A stretch of DNA of 64,000 bases from Phycisphaerales bacterium. GTDB taxonomy: Bacteria; Planctomycetota; Phycisphaerae; Phycisphaerales; UBA1924. Positions within the stretch are counted from its first letter, which is position 1, and each line of letters starts with the position of its first letter. Position numbers and translations under genes: made by a program. Shown one piece after another: positions 55,269 to 64,000 of the stretch. The notes beneath the pieces were generated by a model that saw nothing but the letters and a program-made list of their open reading frames with translations, did no database searches and had not been told where the DNA came from. The stretch spans positions 11,500 to 75,499 of the forward strand of contig JADYYE010000107.1 of NCBI GenBank assembly GCA_020853815.1. The letters are read 5' to 3'.

Positions 55269-55949
55269 CTATTTCTTGCCGCGCAGCCACGTCACCTTGG
55301 GCTCAGTGCCCTTCAGAACGCGCGACAAATTGGCGCGATGCTTGATGATGACGACCAGCGCCAAAGCCGCGCTGGTGAGCACAAACGGCAGGCCAAAACC
55401 GAGCGGGTCGACGCCCCGGGCGATGAGCAGCGCAACCACCGCGATGGGCAAGGCGGCGGCCGCGAGCACCGACGACAGCCCGACCATCGACCACAGCCAG
55501 AGCGAGGCGAACCAGACCAACGCGGCCGCGAATCCCGCGAGCGTGAGCGCGGGGAAGACACCCAGGAGCGCGCCCAGCGCCGACGCGACCCCCTTGCCGC
55601 CCTTGAAGCCGATCCACGGACAGAACATGTGCCCCAGGATGGGCGAGATCATGACGAGGAGCCAGTGCCAGGCGTGATGAGCCGGAAGCGAAAGCGATCC
55701 CGTGCCGCCGGAGAGGAGGCCATAGGCGAGGGTGGGCGCCAGCCCCTTGAGCAGATCGAGGGCAAAGACGGTGAGGCCGGCCCTTCGCCCGAGGACTCGT
55801 CCGACGTTGGTGGCGCCGATGTTCCCCGAGCCGCGCTTGCGGATGTCGACGCCGCGTGCGCGCGCGACGAGGAGCCCGAAGGGGATGGAGCCGACGAGGA
55901 AGGCGACGAGGGCGGAGGACGCGACCACGATGGGCGATTGCCAGTTCAC
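55269..55949 (-). CDS. plsY: glycerol-3-phosphate acyltransferase PlsY
   Basis: AFLVGSIPFGLLVA, GSGNIGATNV, DLLKG and FKGGKGVA are PlsY signatures. GTG at 55949 chosen; alternative ATG at 56021. Confidence 0.85.
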   Translation of the reverse strand: MNWQSPIVVASSALVAFLVGSIPFGLLVARARGVDIRKRGSGNIGATNVGRVLGRRAGLTVFALDLLKGLAPTLAYGLLSGGTGSLSLPAHHAWHWLLVMISPILGHMFCPWIGFKGGKGVASALGALLGVFPALTLAGFAAALVWFASLWLWSMVGLSSVLAAAALPIAVVALLIARGVDPLGFGLPFVLTSAALALVVIIKHRANLSRVLKGTEPKVTWLRGKK

Positions 55950-56099
55950 GCGGCGCAAGGGTACCGCGGGCCTCGGGCGGACGCACGTCCTTGCGAGTCG
56001 TCCGGGAGTGGCGACGCGCATCCAGCGAGCGGCCCGCGCCGGCCGCAACCGCCGGATCGCGGCTCCTGTAAGCTGATGTGCCCGCCCCGCGAGTCGACC

Positions 56100-57224
56100 A
56101 TGAATGACGCCGGCGCCCAATCCGCGGCCCAATGTCCCGCGCACGGCGCGGGCGAGTCGGGCTCGTCCCCGGGCTCACCATCCGCAACCAAAAAACCCGT
56201 CGCGGCCACGGTCATGGCCGCGGTCGCGAGCGATTCACCGCCCGCGCCTTGCGAATGCCCGCGCTGCGGCTACGACCTCTCGGGCGCGGCCGCCGCGTGG
56301 AACCACGCCGACTCCGCCTCGTGCCCCATGCGCGGCACATGCAGCGAGTGCGGCCTCGATTTCGCGTGGGGGGAGTTGCTCAATCCCTGCCTCAAGACGC
56401 CGGAGTGGAGCTACGAGCATGGGCACCGACGCCCGTGGCGATGCTTGGTGCGTACATCGTTCAAGACTCTCCGCCCCCACAGGCTCTGGCGTGACTTGAA
56501 GATGACGCATCCGATCAGAGGCCGCCGTCTGATACTGCTTTCCTTCTTCGGCATGATCCTGGTGCATACAAGCCTTTCGTTGGTCTCGCTCGCGCTGATG
56601 GCGGCACGACAACTCATGGTGATACCGACATGGAGACGAACCGCCGCCGACTTTGCCCGTTTGGCACTCGAGACCTTCTGGCCGTACAACGAGCGGTGGG
56701 CTGAGTTCATCATGCCGTCACGCCCCTGGACGGGAAGCGTGCCCGTGGTGATGAGCGCCAGGTCTCTGCTCGTTTGGGGATGGTGGATCGCCATGCCATT
56801 TGCGTACCTCCTTCTTCCTGCCACCCTCCGTCGGTGCCGGGTGAGGCGCGAGCATCTGGTGAGGATCGGGGCGTACTCGCTGGTGTTCGCTTCGGCCGGC
56901 GTGCTGCTCGCGGGAGCGGCGCCGAGCGTTGTACAGGATCCGTTCATGTTCGTCGTCGTGATCATCAACCGAGCCTTTAGCGGCGAACTCATCGACCGGA
57001 TGAACCTGAATCGGTTGGATGACTTGTTGCGCCGCTGGCTGCCCGGCGCTTCACCATTCGTCAGTTTCTCGATTGTCTGTGTGTTCTGGGGTTGCGCGGC
57101 GTCGCGTTACCTGAAACTCCCGCGCCCGTGGCTGGTGGCGTTCGTTCTCACGCTGGTGGGCGGGCTGCTGGCGATGGCGCTGCTCGCGCTGTGGCCCGGC
57201 TTCCTGCAGAGGCTGTTCTCCTGA
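56100..57224 (+). CDS. N-terminal zinc-ribbon, polytopic membrane protein (paralogue 1 of 3)
   Basis: CPRCGYDLSGA...SCPMRGTCSECGLDF (4-6 Cys ribbon) followed by at least 6 hydrophobic helices. The upstream 304 codons of the ORF are antisense to plsY and are rejected. Confidence 0.7.
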   Translation: MNDAGAQSAAQCPAHGAGESGSSPGSPSATKKPVAATVMAAVASDSPPAPCECPRCGYDLSGAAAAWNHADSASCPMRGTCSECGLDFAWGELLNPCLKTPEWSYEHGHRRPWRCLVRTSFKTLRPHRLWRDLKMTHPIRGRRLILLSFFGMILVHTSLSLVSLALMAARQLMVIPTWRRTAADFARLALETFWPYNERWAEFIMPSRPWTGSVPVVMSARSLLVWGWWIAMPFAYLLLPATLRRCRVRREHLVRIGAYSLVFASAGVLLAGAAPSVVQDPFMFVVVIINRAFSGELIDRMNLNRLDDLLRRWLPGASPFVSFSIVCVFWGCAASRYLKLPRPWLVAFVLTLVGGLLAMALLALWPGFLQRLFS

Positions 57225-57234
57225 CGATTCGTCG

Positions 57235-58275
57235 ATGTCCGACCGACCCGCTCCATCTTCCCCCTCCTGCCCGCGCTGCGGCTACGACCTCTCGGGCGCG
57301 GTCGCCGCGTGGAACCACGGCGAATCCGCCTCGTGCCCCATGCGCGGGACATGCAGCGAATGCGGCCTCGAGTTTGACTGGGGCGATGTCTTCAACCCGA
57401 CGCTCGGTCCGGCACGCGGCTACTTCGAAAACGCCGAGGGTCTCGGCTTGGTGAGTGCGCTGCGGACGTGGCTGTGGACGCTCTGGCCGCCCCTCTTCTG
57501 GTCGCGTGTCGGGATGCGGGCGACCAAATCGCCGTGGCGAATGCTGCTGTGGCTTGGACTGGTGCTTGTTCTTCAGCAGGCCGTGTTTGCGGCAACCGTG
57601 CTCGCTGTTCATGTGTTCGCGGGCAGAGTCGTCGCGCCGCTCCCTCGTGGGTCCAGCGTGAGCACGTCGACCAGGATTCAATGGCTCGAACGCGACCTGC
57701 TCAGTCCGATCCTGTGCAACAATGTTGATTGGACCTCCTTGTGGTCCGGGCAACCGACGCTTGTCTATCGAGTGCTTCCCGGATGGCGTGCGTGGGAGGG
57801 CGTTTTCCTCCCTTCCTGCGTTGGGCTCTTGGTGATCCCGGTCATGTTCGGCGCGCTCCCGGACTCGCGCCGTGCCGGCCGGCTGCGAAACGTGCATCTC
57901 CTCCGCGCCACGGCGTTCTCGCTCTCCTGGCTCGCAACACTCGGCGTTCTACGGCCGCTCGACATATTCGCAGGATGGTTGATCCAAGGATTGCGAGTCG
58001 GACACCAGGCGAGTTCGACCGTGCCGCACGGTATCGTGTTCGCGTATCTCGCAAAGCACCAGATCGTGTTCGCGTCGGGCGTGTTGTGCTGGGTCCTTTT
58101 CTGGTGGTGGTCCGCCGTCCGAGTCGGGTTCAGATTGCGGCGCGGTACGCTCGTGTGGATCGCCGTCTCTCTTCCTGCGATCATCGCCTGGACCATCTGG
58201 ATTTCGATTCTTTCTGAGCCGTTCGGAGATTGGCTCGACAGATTCATCAACGGCTTGCTGCGGTACTTCGGCTGA
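57235..58275 (+). CDS. N-terminal zinc-ribbon, polytopic membrane protein (paralogue 2 of 3)
   Basis: Starts 10 nt after the previous stop. The ribbon region is almost identical to that of paralogue 1; the rest is divergent. Confidence 0.7.
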   Translation: MSDRPAPSSPSCPRCGYDLSGAVAAWNHGESASCPMRGTCSECGLEFDWGDVFNPTLGPARGYFENAEGLGLVSALRTWLWTLWPPLFWSRVGMRATKSPWRMLLWLGLVLVLQQAVFAATVLAVHVFAGRVVAPLPRGSSVSTSTRIQWLERDLLSPILCNNVDWTSLWSGQPTLVYRVLPGWRAWEGVFLPSCVGLLVIPVMFGALPDSRRAGRLRNVHLLRATAFSLSWLATLGVLRPLDIFAGWLIQGLRVGHQASSTVPHGIVFAYLAKHQIVFASGVLCWVLFWWWSAVRVGFRLRRGTLVWIAVSLPAIIAWTIWISILSEPFGDWLDRFINGLLRYFG

Positions 58276-58278
58276 TCA

Positions 58279-59292
58279 ATGAACGCCCCGCCCCAGTCTT
58301 TCCCCTCCTGCCCCTTCTGCCGCTACGACCTCTCCGGCGCTGAGGCGGCCCTGCGCGCTACGTCACGCGATGCTCCACCGCGCGACCCCTCGGTTGAGCC
58401 GCACGGTGGTGCTTCATGTGGTCCTTCAACCGGTCCCTCGCGCGCGGACCAGCCCTCTGTGTTTCCCCCGCCTTCCGGGCGCGCGCGATGCAGCGAGTGC
58501 GGCCAGGACTTCGACTGGACCGACGCCTACCGCGCCCGCAACAACTACTTCGACGACCTGCCCCGCGCCGACCTCTGGAGCGGCTTTGGGCGCTCGCTCC
58601 TGGTCGCGCTTTTCCCGTGGACGTCGTGGAAGGTTGAGAGCGCGGCGAGGTTTCGTTTGCGGCGAACATGGCTCGTCACGATCGTCGCGTGCGTGGTGTG
58701 GCACGCGCTGGCCGCGGCGTGGGTGATGCTGATGCAGAGCGGCTGGCTCTCGCCGTGGGGGACGGGATTCTCGGCGTCGTTCCGCACGGTCGCGGCGAAT
58801 CCGTGGCCGATCGAGTGGGGCTACGTCATCGTGCGCGGCGGGGGCGGATCGATCACGATGCACACCATGGGAAGGGGCATGATCGAGCCGCTCCGCGTGG
58901 TTGCCGAGAACTGGCTCGTCGGCGTCGTCGTGCTCGGCCTGGTGATCGCGGCCCGACCAAAGCCCAATTGCGGCTTGCTCTGGGCGCGGGCGGTGATCAG
59001 AAGCGTTCCCGCGGTGGGCCTGGTTACATTCGTCATGTGTTTCGAGTGGATGATCGCGCTCACGATCGAAAGCTGGCGTACAACGGGAAATCCCGCGGTA
59101 CAGGACGATCGAATCGTCAGCCGGATCGTGTACGGGCTCCTACTCCTCGCCGCGCCGGTCGTGGTGTTGTTTCTGACCTGGACACGCCATGTGCGCGATA
59201 CAGGGCTGTTCGGGCGTACTTGGCCGATCGTGACGGCGATGATCGTGACGCCCGTGCTCGTGGCGATCGGGTTGGCGGCGTTGACGGCGTGA
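58279..59292 (+). CDS. N-terminal zinc-ribbon, polytopic membrane protein (paralogue 3 of 3)
   Basis: Starts 3 nt after the previous stop. CPFCRYDLSGA, a ~45-aa insert, then CSECGQDF, followed by multiple TM helices. Confidence 0.7.
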   Translation: MNAPPQSFPSCPFCRYDLSGAEAALRATSRDAPPRDPSVEPHGGASCGPSTGPSRADQPSVFPPPSGRARCSECGQDFDWTDAYRARNNYFDDLPRADLWSGFGRSLLVALFPWTSWKVESAARFRLRRTWLVTIVACVVWHALAAAWVMLMQSGWLSPWGTGFSASFRTVAANPWPIEWGYVIVRGGGGSITMHTMGRGMIEPLRVVAENWLVGVVVLGLVIAARPKPNCGLLWARAVIRSVPAVGLVTFVMCFEWMIALTIESWRTTGNPAVQDDRIVSRIVYGLLLLAAPVVVLFLTWTRHVRDTGLFGRTWPIVTAMIVTPVLVAIGLAALTA

Positions 59293-59575
59293 GAGCGCGG
59301 GGAAGAGCGGCTGGGCCTCGGTCGACATGGGCGTCGCGTGCGACCCAGGAGCACGGGCAGGAGGACGTGTCCGTGGCACGGGGCGGTCGGGAAGAGGTCG
59401 GCGCGGAATGCCGCGTACCGGGTGTCGGCGTGCTCGGGCGTTGCGCGGCGGAAGCCGGGGAGTCGTGGCGGGCATCGGGTCCTTGCGATTCGGCGTTTCG
59501 GCATGAAACGGCGCTTGCTCCATCACCTCGTTTGCGGGAAGATGGAGCGCCGCGTCGTCGGCCCGGAGATTCCGC

Positions 59576-61186
59576 ATGATCGTCCGCTCGCTCGCGTTCT
59601 TGTCTGCCGCCTCTCTCTTCTCCCTGGCTGGCTTGGCCTTGGGCGCACCGCCCGTCGATCTCGGCACGGCCTCGGCCAGCGCGCCCGCCCAGCCCCGGAA
59701 AATGTGGGTTTTTCTGAAGGACAAGGGCTTTGCGGACAGCGCCGCCCAAGACGCCGCGGTCCGGGCTCTCAAGGACTCCGCCCATCCGCGCCAGGTGGCG
59801 CGTCGCCAGTCGCGGCGGAGCATCGCGGGCTTGTTCGACGCGCGCGACCTGCCGATCGACGCGGGATATCGGACCCGGATCGAGGCGACGGGCGCGAGGG
59901 TTCATGTCGAGAGCCGCTGGCTGAACGCCGTGAGCGTGTATGCGACGCCCGACGAGGTCGCGGCGCTGCGTGGGCTTGAATGCGTGGGCGAGGTGCGCCC
60001 GGTGCTGGGCGGCAAGCGGCGCGGGTCCGACGGCGAGCCGAGCCCGGCCGACACGACGGTCGCGCGCGGCTTCTACGGCTACACCGAGGCCCAGACCCAG
60101 CAGGTCAACCTGGAAGCGTTGCACAACGCGGGCTTCACGGGGCAGGGCGTGGTGATCGGCGTCCTGGACACGGGGTTCCATCGCACGCACCAGATCTTCA
60201 CCCAGCCCTCGCACCCGCTGGTGGTCCTGGCCGAGCACGACTTCATCAACAACGACGCCAACACCGACATCCAGAGCGGCGACCATGGCGATCAGCACGT
60301 GCACGGCACGCTGATCCTTTCGGTCATCGGCGGCTATCTCCCCGGCACCTTCGTGGGCGGCGCGTACGACGCTCAGTTTGTCCTGTGCAAGACCGAGGAC
60401 ATCACCAGCGAGACGCCCATCGAGGAGGACAACTACGTCGGCGGGCTGGAGCTGTGCGAGGCCCAGGGCGCGGACATCACGACCTCGAGCCTTGGCTACA
60501 TCGACTGGTACACCCAGGGCGATCTTGACGGGCAGACCGCCGTCACGACCATCGCGGTGAACATCGCCAGCGACAACGGGCTGCACTGCTGCACGGCGGC
60601 GGGGAACGAGGGGAACGACGGCAATCCCAGCACCAGCACGCTGATCGCGCCCGCGGACGCGTTCCGCGTGATCACCTGCGGCGCGGTGGATTCGGGGGGC
60701 GCGAGCGCCGGGTTCACCTCGACGGGTCCGACCGCCGATGGTCGGGTGAAGCCGGAGGTGATGGCGCGGGGCGTGGACACGTTCTGCGTGTGGCCTTACG
60801 ACGACGTGAACTATGCGCAGGCCAGCGGGACGTCGCTCTCGACGCCGGTGGTCGCGTCGGTGGTCGCGTGCCTGACCGGGGCGCGTCCGAGCTGGTCGGT
60901 CGATCGCATGAGGACGTATGTCACGCGCTCCGCGTCGGACTACGCCGCCACGCAAACGACCGACCCGCTGTTCATCCGCGGCTATGGGATCGTGAACGCG
61001 CACCAGGCGTATCTGATCGGCTGCCCGGCGGACCTTGACGCCAACGGGTTCGTCAATGGCGACGACTACGACGCCTTCGCCACGCTCTTTGACATCGGCA
61101 ACGCGGGCGCGGACTTCAACGGCGACGGGTTCGTCAACGGCGACGACTACGACGCCTTCGCCAGCGCGTTCGACGCGGGGTGCTGA
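59576..61186 (+). CDS. secreted subtilisin-like S8 serine protease with GC-type dockerin-like C-terminus
   Basis: Signal peptide. Catalytic triad contexts VIGVLDTGF (Asp), HGTLILS (His) and SGTSLSTPVVAS (Ser). The tail is CPADLDANGFVNGDDYDAFA...NGDGFVNGDDYDAFASAFDAGC. Confidence 0.9.
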   Translation: MIVRSLAFLSAASLFSLAGLALGAPPVDLGTASASAPAQPRKMWVFLKDKGFADSAAQDAAVRALKDSAHPRQVARRQSRRSIAGLFDARDLPIDAGYRTRIEATGARVHVESRWLNAVSVYATPDEVAALRGLECVGEVRPVLGGKRRGSDGEPSPADTTVARGFYGYTEAQTQQVNLEALHNAGFTGQGVVIGVLDTGFHRTHQIFTQPSHPLVVLAEHDFINNDANTDIQSGDHGDQHVHGTLILSVIGGYLPGTFVGGAYDAQFVLCKTEDITSETPIEEDNYVGGLELCEAQGADITTSSLGYIDWYTQGDLDGQTAVTTIAVNIASDNGLHCCTAAGNEGNDGNPSTSTLIAPADAFRVITCGAVDSGGASAGFTSTGPTADGRVKPEVMARGVDTFCVWPYDDVNYAQASGTSLSTPVVASVVACLTGARPSWSVDRMRTYVTRSASDYAATQTTDPLFIRGYGIVNAHQAYLIGCPADLDANGFVNGDDYDAFATLFDIGNAGADFNGDGFVNGDDYDAFASAFDAGC

Positions 61187-61192
61187 CGAAGA

Positions 61193-61213
61193 GGCACTGG
61201 GCACTTGGCACTA
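61193..61213 (+). repeat. heptamer array GGCACTR x3
   Basis: ggcactg ggcactt ggcacta, starting 7 nt after the protease stop. Confidence 0.85.
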
Positions 61214-61476
61214 GATCGGTTTCACTTCAAGTGGCGCGTCTTCCCATTGCCCATTCCCTATTGCCCATCGCCTGGGCGTGCGACATGACGCCCGACTCCA
61301 AGCGAATCCGCTCTAGGCACCAGGGAGGAGCGGGAGAGACGAGGAGAGGCATAGGGAACAGGAGAAGTGGTCGAGTGGCGTAGTGGTCGAGTGGAAGACG
61401 GCGGCCACGAGATCACGGACAACATTCGCCGCGAGTCGGGCGGAATGCGACCGGAGTCGCTGTCTTCTTCCCTATC

Positions 61477-61640
61477 TCGCTGTGTCGCTGTATCGCTGTG
61501 TCGCTGTCTCGCTGCCTCGCTGCCTCGCTGTGTCGCTGCCTCGCTGTGTCGCTGTGCCGCTGCCTCGCTGTGTCGCTGTCTCGCTGCCTCGCTGTGTCGC
61601 TGTCTCGCTGCCTCGCTCGTTCGCTGTCTCGCTGATTCGC
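61477..61640 (-). repeat. octamer tandem array, about 20 units (plus strand TCGCTGYS; minus strand GGCAGCGA/GACAGCGA/CACAGCGA)
   Basis: The period-8 register holds across about 160 nt. The array starts 3 nt beyond the stop (61644-61646) of the minus-strand kinase gene. On that strand it ends in GGGAAGAAGA. Confidence 0.95.
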
Positions 61641-61643
61641 GGC

Positions 61644-64000
61644 CTACTTGTCCTTCTTTCGCACACCCTTGGCGTTGGCTTCTTCGGCCAGGTCGCGATG
61701 GTTCTCAGCGACCGTCGGGTCAAAGGGCGAGCCCTTGAGGCGCGCGGTCCACTTGGCGAGTTCTTCCTTGTCCTGGCGCGCTTCGGCCAGGTCATAGAAC
61801 AGCGTGCAAGCCTGAAGCACCTCGACGTGGTCCGGGTCTTTCAGGCGCGCCAGCGCGTGATCGAGTGTCCACTGCGCATCGGCGCGGGCTCGCTCCCATT
61901 CTTTCAGGCGGATGAGCACGGTGCAGCGCATGCCGTGGGCCATCTCGGCGCTGTCGTCCCAGTTCCCCTGCTCGTCCTTGGCGGCAGCGACGAGGGTGTC
62001 GGTGTAGGTGAGCGCGACGTCAAGGCGATCGTTCCCGATCATCATCATGGAGGCCTGGCCGAGGTAGTTGCGCGTGCGCGGGTGGCGCGGGCCATAGAGC
62101 TCGGTCGCGAGCGCCACGACCTGCTCGAATCGTTCGATGGATTCCTTGGTGCGGCCGGCCTTGGTGAGGTAGATGGCGAGGTTGAAGAGGGAGTTGGCGA
62201 CGTCGGGGTGCGTGTCGCCGAAGAGCTTGCGACGGACGGCGAGCGCGTCCTCCATGGGGGGGAGGCCCTCGTCGAGCTTCCCCTGGTTGCAGAGGCTGAC
62301 GCCCAGATTGTTGAGGGCGAAGGCCAGCTCGCGCTGGTGGGCTTCGTCGTTGCGGCGGGCGGCGATGATCTCACGATAGATCGCATCAGCGCGGGGGTCG
62401 CCGATCTCCAGGGCGTTGGCGAAGGAGTGCTTGAGATCGAGGACGGCGTCGTGGGTTGGTCCGAGCTCGGCCGCGGCGCCGGGAAGGTATTCGAGGCCCA
62501 TCGCCATGGCCTCCTCCGGGCGGCGGGTGTCGCAGAGGAGCTGGGCCAGGGCGGCGGCGGTGTAGACGTTGTTGGGCGCGAAGCGTGATTCGGCGGCGGT
62601 GCCGATCTCGAGCGAGGCGCGCAGGTGCGTCTCGCCCTTCTTCATCTCGCCGACGTTGACATAGGCGCGTCCGATCGTGCCGTGGATCGCGGCGCGGATG
62701 CGTCCGTCGTCGATGCTCTCGGGGGCGATGCGTTCGGCGGCGCGATCGAGGGCGTCGCGGACGGTGACCTCGCGCCCGAGGGTCATCTCGGGCGACGCGG
62801 CCATGATGATCTGGAGGAAGAACTTGTTGATCTGGTCGTTGGTGCGGAGCTGTTGTTCGACCTCGCGGGTGCGATCGCGCGCCTCGCTGGCCTGCCAGAG
62901 GGTGGCGGCGATCCCGCCCAGGAGGGTGAGGAAGATGATGGTCGTGGCGCCGACCAGGGTGCGGTGGCGGCGCACGAACTTTCGGATGAGGTAGGTGCGC
63001 GTGGGAGGGCGGGCGAGGATGGGCTGGTCGTGCAGGAAGCGCCGGATATCGTCGGCGAGTTCCGCGGCGGTGCCGTAGCGGCGCGCGGGGTCTTTCTCCA
63101 GCGCCTTGGCGACGATGGTTTCGATGTCGCCCCGGAGCGAGGGATCGTGGGTGGCGATGGAGCGCGGCTCTTGCTCGCTGATGAGGCGGATGGCGGCGTG
63201 AACACTGGCGGTGCCGACGTCCAGGGGCGGTTTTCCCGCGAGCATCTCGTAGAGGATGACGCCCAGGGCGTAGACGTCCGTGCGGATGTCGAGGCGGGCC
63301 GGATCGCCCGAGACCTGCTCGGGGCTCATGTACGCGAGCGTTCCGAGCACCTGCCCGGCCTCGGATTGCAGGGTCGCCTGGCCGGCGCGATCGGCGAGGC
63401 GCGCGATGCCGAAGTCGAGGATCTTCGGCTGCGCGTCGTGGGTCACGAGGATGTTGGCGGGCTTGAGGTCGCGGTGGATCACGCCGCGCTGGTGGGCGTG
63501 GGCGACGGCGTCGCAGACGCGGGCGAAGAGATCGAGCCTGGCGCGGGTGGAGAGGCCTCGCTCGCGCGCGAACTTGTCGAGCGGGCTTCCCTCGACGAGT
63601 TCCATGGCGACAAAGGGGATGGCGGCGCCCGAGCGGTGGTCGGTGCCGGCGTCGTAGACCTGGGCGATGCCGGGGTGCTGGAGCATGGCGAGGGTCGAGG
63701 CCTCGCGCGAGAGCCTTCGCAGCATCGACGAGGAGACGAAGCCGGGGCGCACGAGCTTGAGGGCGACGGCGCGGTCCGGCGAGTCCTGGCGGGCGGCGTA
63801 GACCACGCCCATCCCGCCCACGCCGATGGGCCTGATGATGGTGTATCGCCCGATGGTGCTGCCGGCGGCCATGCTGGGCGACTGCGCGCCCAGGTCGTCG
63901 CTGGTCAGGCCCGCGTCGGCGAGGGCCGAGCCTTCGAGGAACGAGGGGTCGGTGTCGTGGTGGGAGAGGAGCGATTCGAGCTCGCGGCGCATCGCCTCGT
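61644..64000 (-). CDS. Ser/Thr protein kinase with TM segment and C-terminal TPR repeats (5' end beyond window)
   Basis: Kinase motifs AVALKLV, HRDLKPANILV, DFGIARL and GTLAYMSPEQ. TM helix LVGATTIIFLTLLGGIAATLW, then TPR-like repeats. The frame is open to the window edge, and LRRELESLL is normally preceded by more sequence. Confidence 0.85.
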   Translation of the reverse strand, partial: EAMRRELESLLSHHDTDPSFLEGSALADAGLTSDDLGAQSPSMAAGSTIGRYTIIRPIGVGGMGVVYAARQDSPDRAVALKLVRPGFVSSSMLRRLSREASTLAMLQHPGIAQVYDAGTDHRSGAAIPFVAMELVEGSPLDKFARERGLSTRARLDLFARVCDAVAHAHQRGVIHRDLKPANILVTHDAQPKILDFGIARLADRAGQATLQSEAGQVLGTLAYMSPEQVSGDPARLDIRTDVYALGVILYEMLAGKPPLDVGTASVHAAIRLISEQEPRSIATHDPSLRGDIETIVAKALEKDPARRYGTAAELADDIRRFLHDQPILARPPTRTYLIRKFVRRHRTLVGATTIIFLTLLGGIAATLWQASEARDRTREVEQQLRTNDQINKFFLQIIMAASPEMTLGREVTVRDALDRAAERIAPESIDDGRIRAAIHGTIGRAYVNVGEMKKGETHLRASLEIGTAAESRFAPNNVYTAAALAQLLCDTRRPEEAMAMGLEYLPGAAAELGPTHDAVLDLKHSFANALEIGDPRADAIYREIIAARRNDEAHQRELAFALNNLGVSLCNQGKLDEGLPPMEDALAVRRKLFGDTHPDVANSLFNLAIYLTKAGRTKESIERFEQVVALATELYGPRHPRTRNYLGQASMMMIGNDRLDVALTYTDTLVAAAKDEQGNWDDSAEMAHGMRCTVLIRLKEWERARADAQWTLDHALARLKDPDHVEVLQACTLFYDLAEARQDKEELAKWTARLKGSPFDPTVAENHRDLAEEANAKGVRKKDK

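Noticed and set aside
55188-56099. Upstream 304 codons of the 678-aa ORF containing zinc-ribbon paralogue 1.
   Set aside because: They are antisense to plsY, which has unmistakable family motifs. The paralogue alignment supports the ATG at 56100.
61477-61640. Considered a CRISPR array or a coding Cys/Leu/Ser repeat (all three plus-strand frames are open).
   Set aside because: The period is only 8 nt and there are no unique spacers. An 8-nt period cannot maintain a reading frame. No cas genes are present in the window.

Overview
Very GC-rich bacterial chromosomal segment. Shadow ORFs longer than 500 aa occur on both strands, so I called genes by family motifs, signal peptides, SD/start context and paralogy, not by ORF length. 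The gene content suggests a Planctomycetota (Phycisphaerae-like) genome; this is an inference. It rests on three prepilin-type [10 protein letters not shown] / H-X9-DG-like proteins, two secreted hydrolases with Cys-flanked GC-type dockerin-like tails, a PEP-CTERM-like tail, a DUF3473-type polysaccharide deacetylase and a Lys/Arg/Thr-rich histone-H1-like protein.

Recognisable content:
- an envelope/exopolysaccharide block at about 7.5-24.3 kb (two WcaF-like acetyltransferases, GT4/GT2 glycosyltransferases, deacetylase, Kdo/PK-like kinase, methyltransferase, TPR-OGT, GNAT-aminotransferase fusion, two PilZ proteins)
- an orphan beta-class DNA methyltransferase, class II DAHP synthase, nadA and SpoIID
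- dprA followed by lexA
- bamA-skp-lpxD-lpxC, interrupted by a low-GC two-gene insertion
- a second LPS/GT block (GT4-kdsC-GT4), plsY, three tandem zinc-ribbon membrane paralogues, an S8 protease and a TPR Ser/Thr kinase that runs off the right edge

I recognised no rRNA, tRNA, CRISPR array, transposase or integrase.

Most interesting observations:
1. A three-gene module occurs twice in diverged form on either side of nadA: a secreted 10-cysteine peptide, a single-pass membrane protein and a prepilin-like protein.
2. Each module is preceded by a poly-G tract next to a TTGAC -35-like box (G8 and G15). These are candidate slipped-strand phase switches.
3. A decayed duplicate of the last ~47 codons of nadA brackets a PEP-CTERM-like beta-propeller gene, which looks like an island-insertion scar.
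4. A 98-bp element with 11-bp terminal inverted repeats is present twice.
5. Heptamer (GGCACTA) and octamer (GCGAGRCA) tandem arrays sit immediately 3' of stop codons, in an orientation locked to the upstream gene.
6. The three zinc-ribbon membrane paralogues include a sharply bounded tract that looks like gene conversion.
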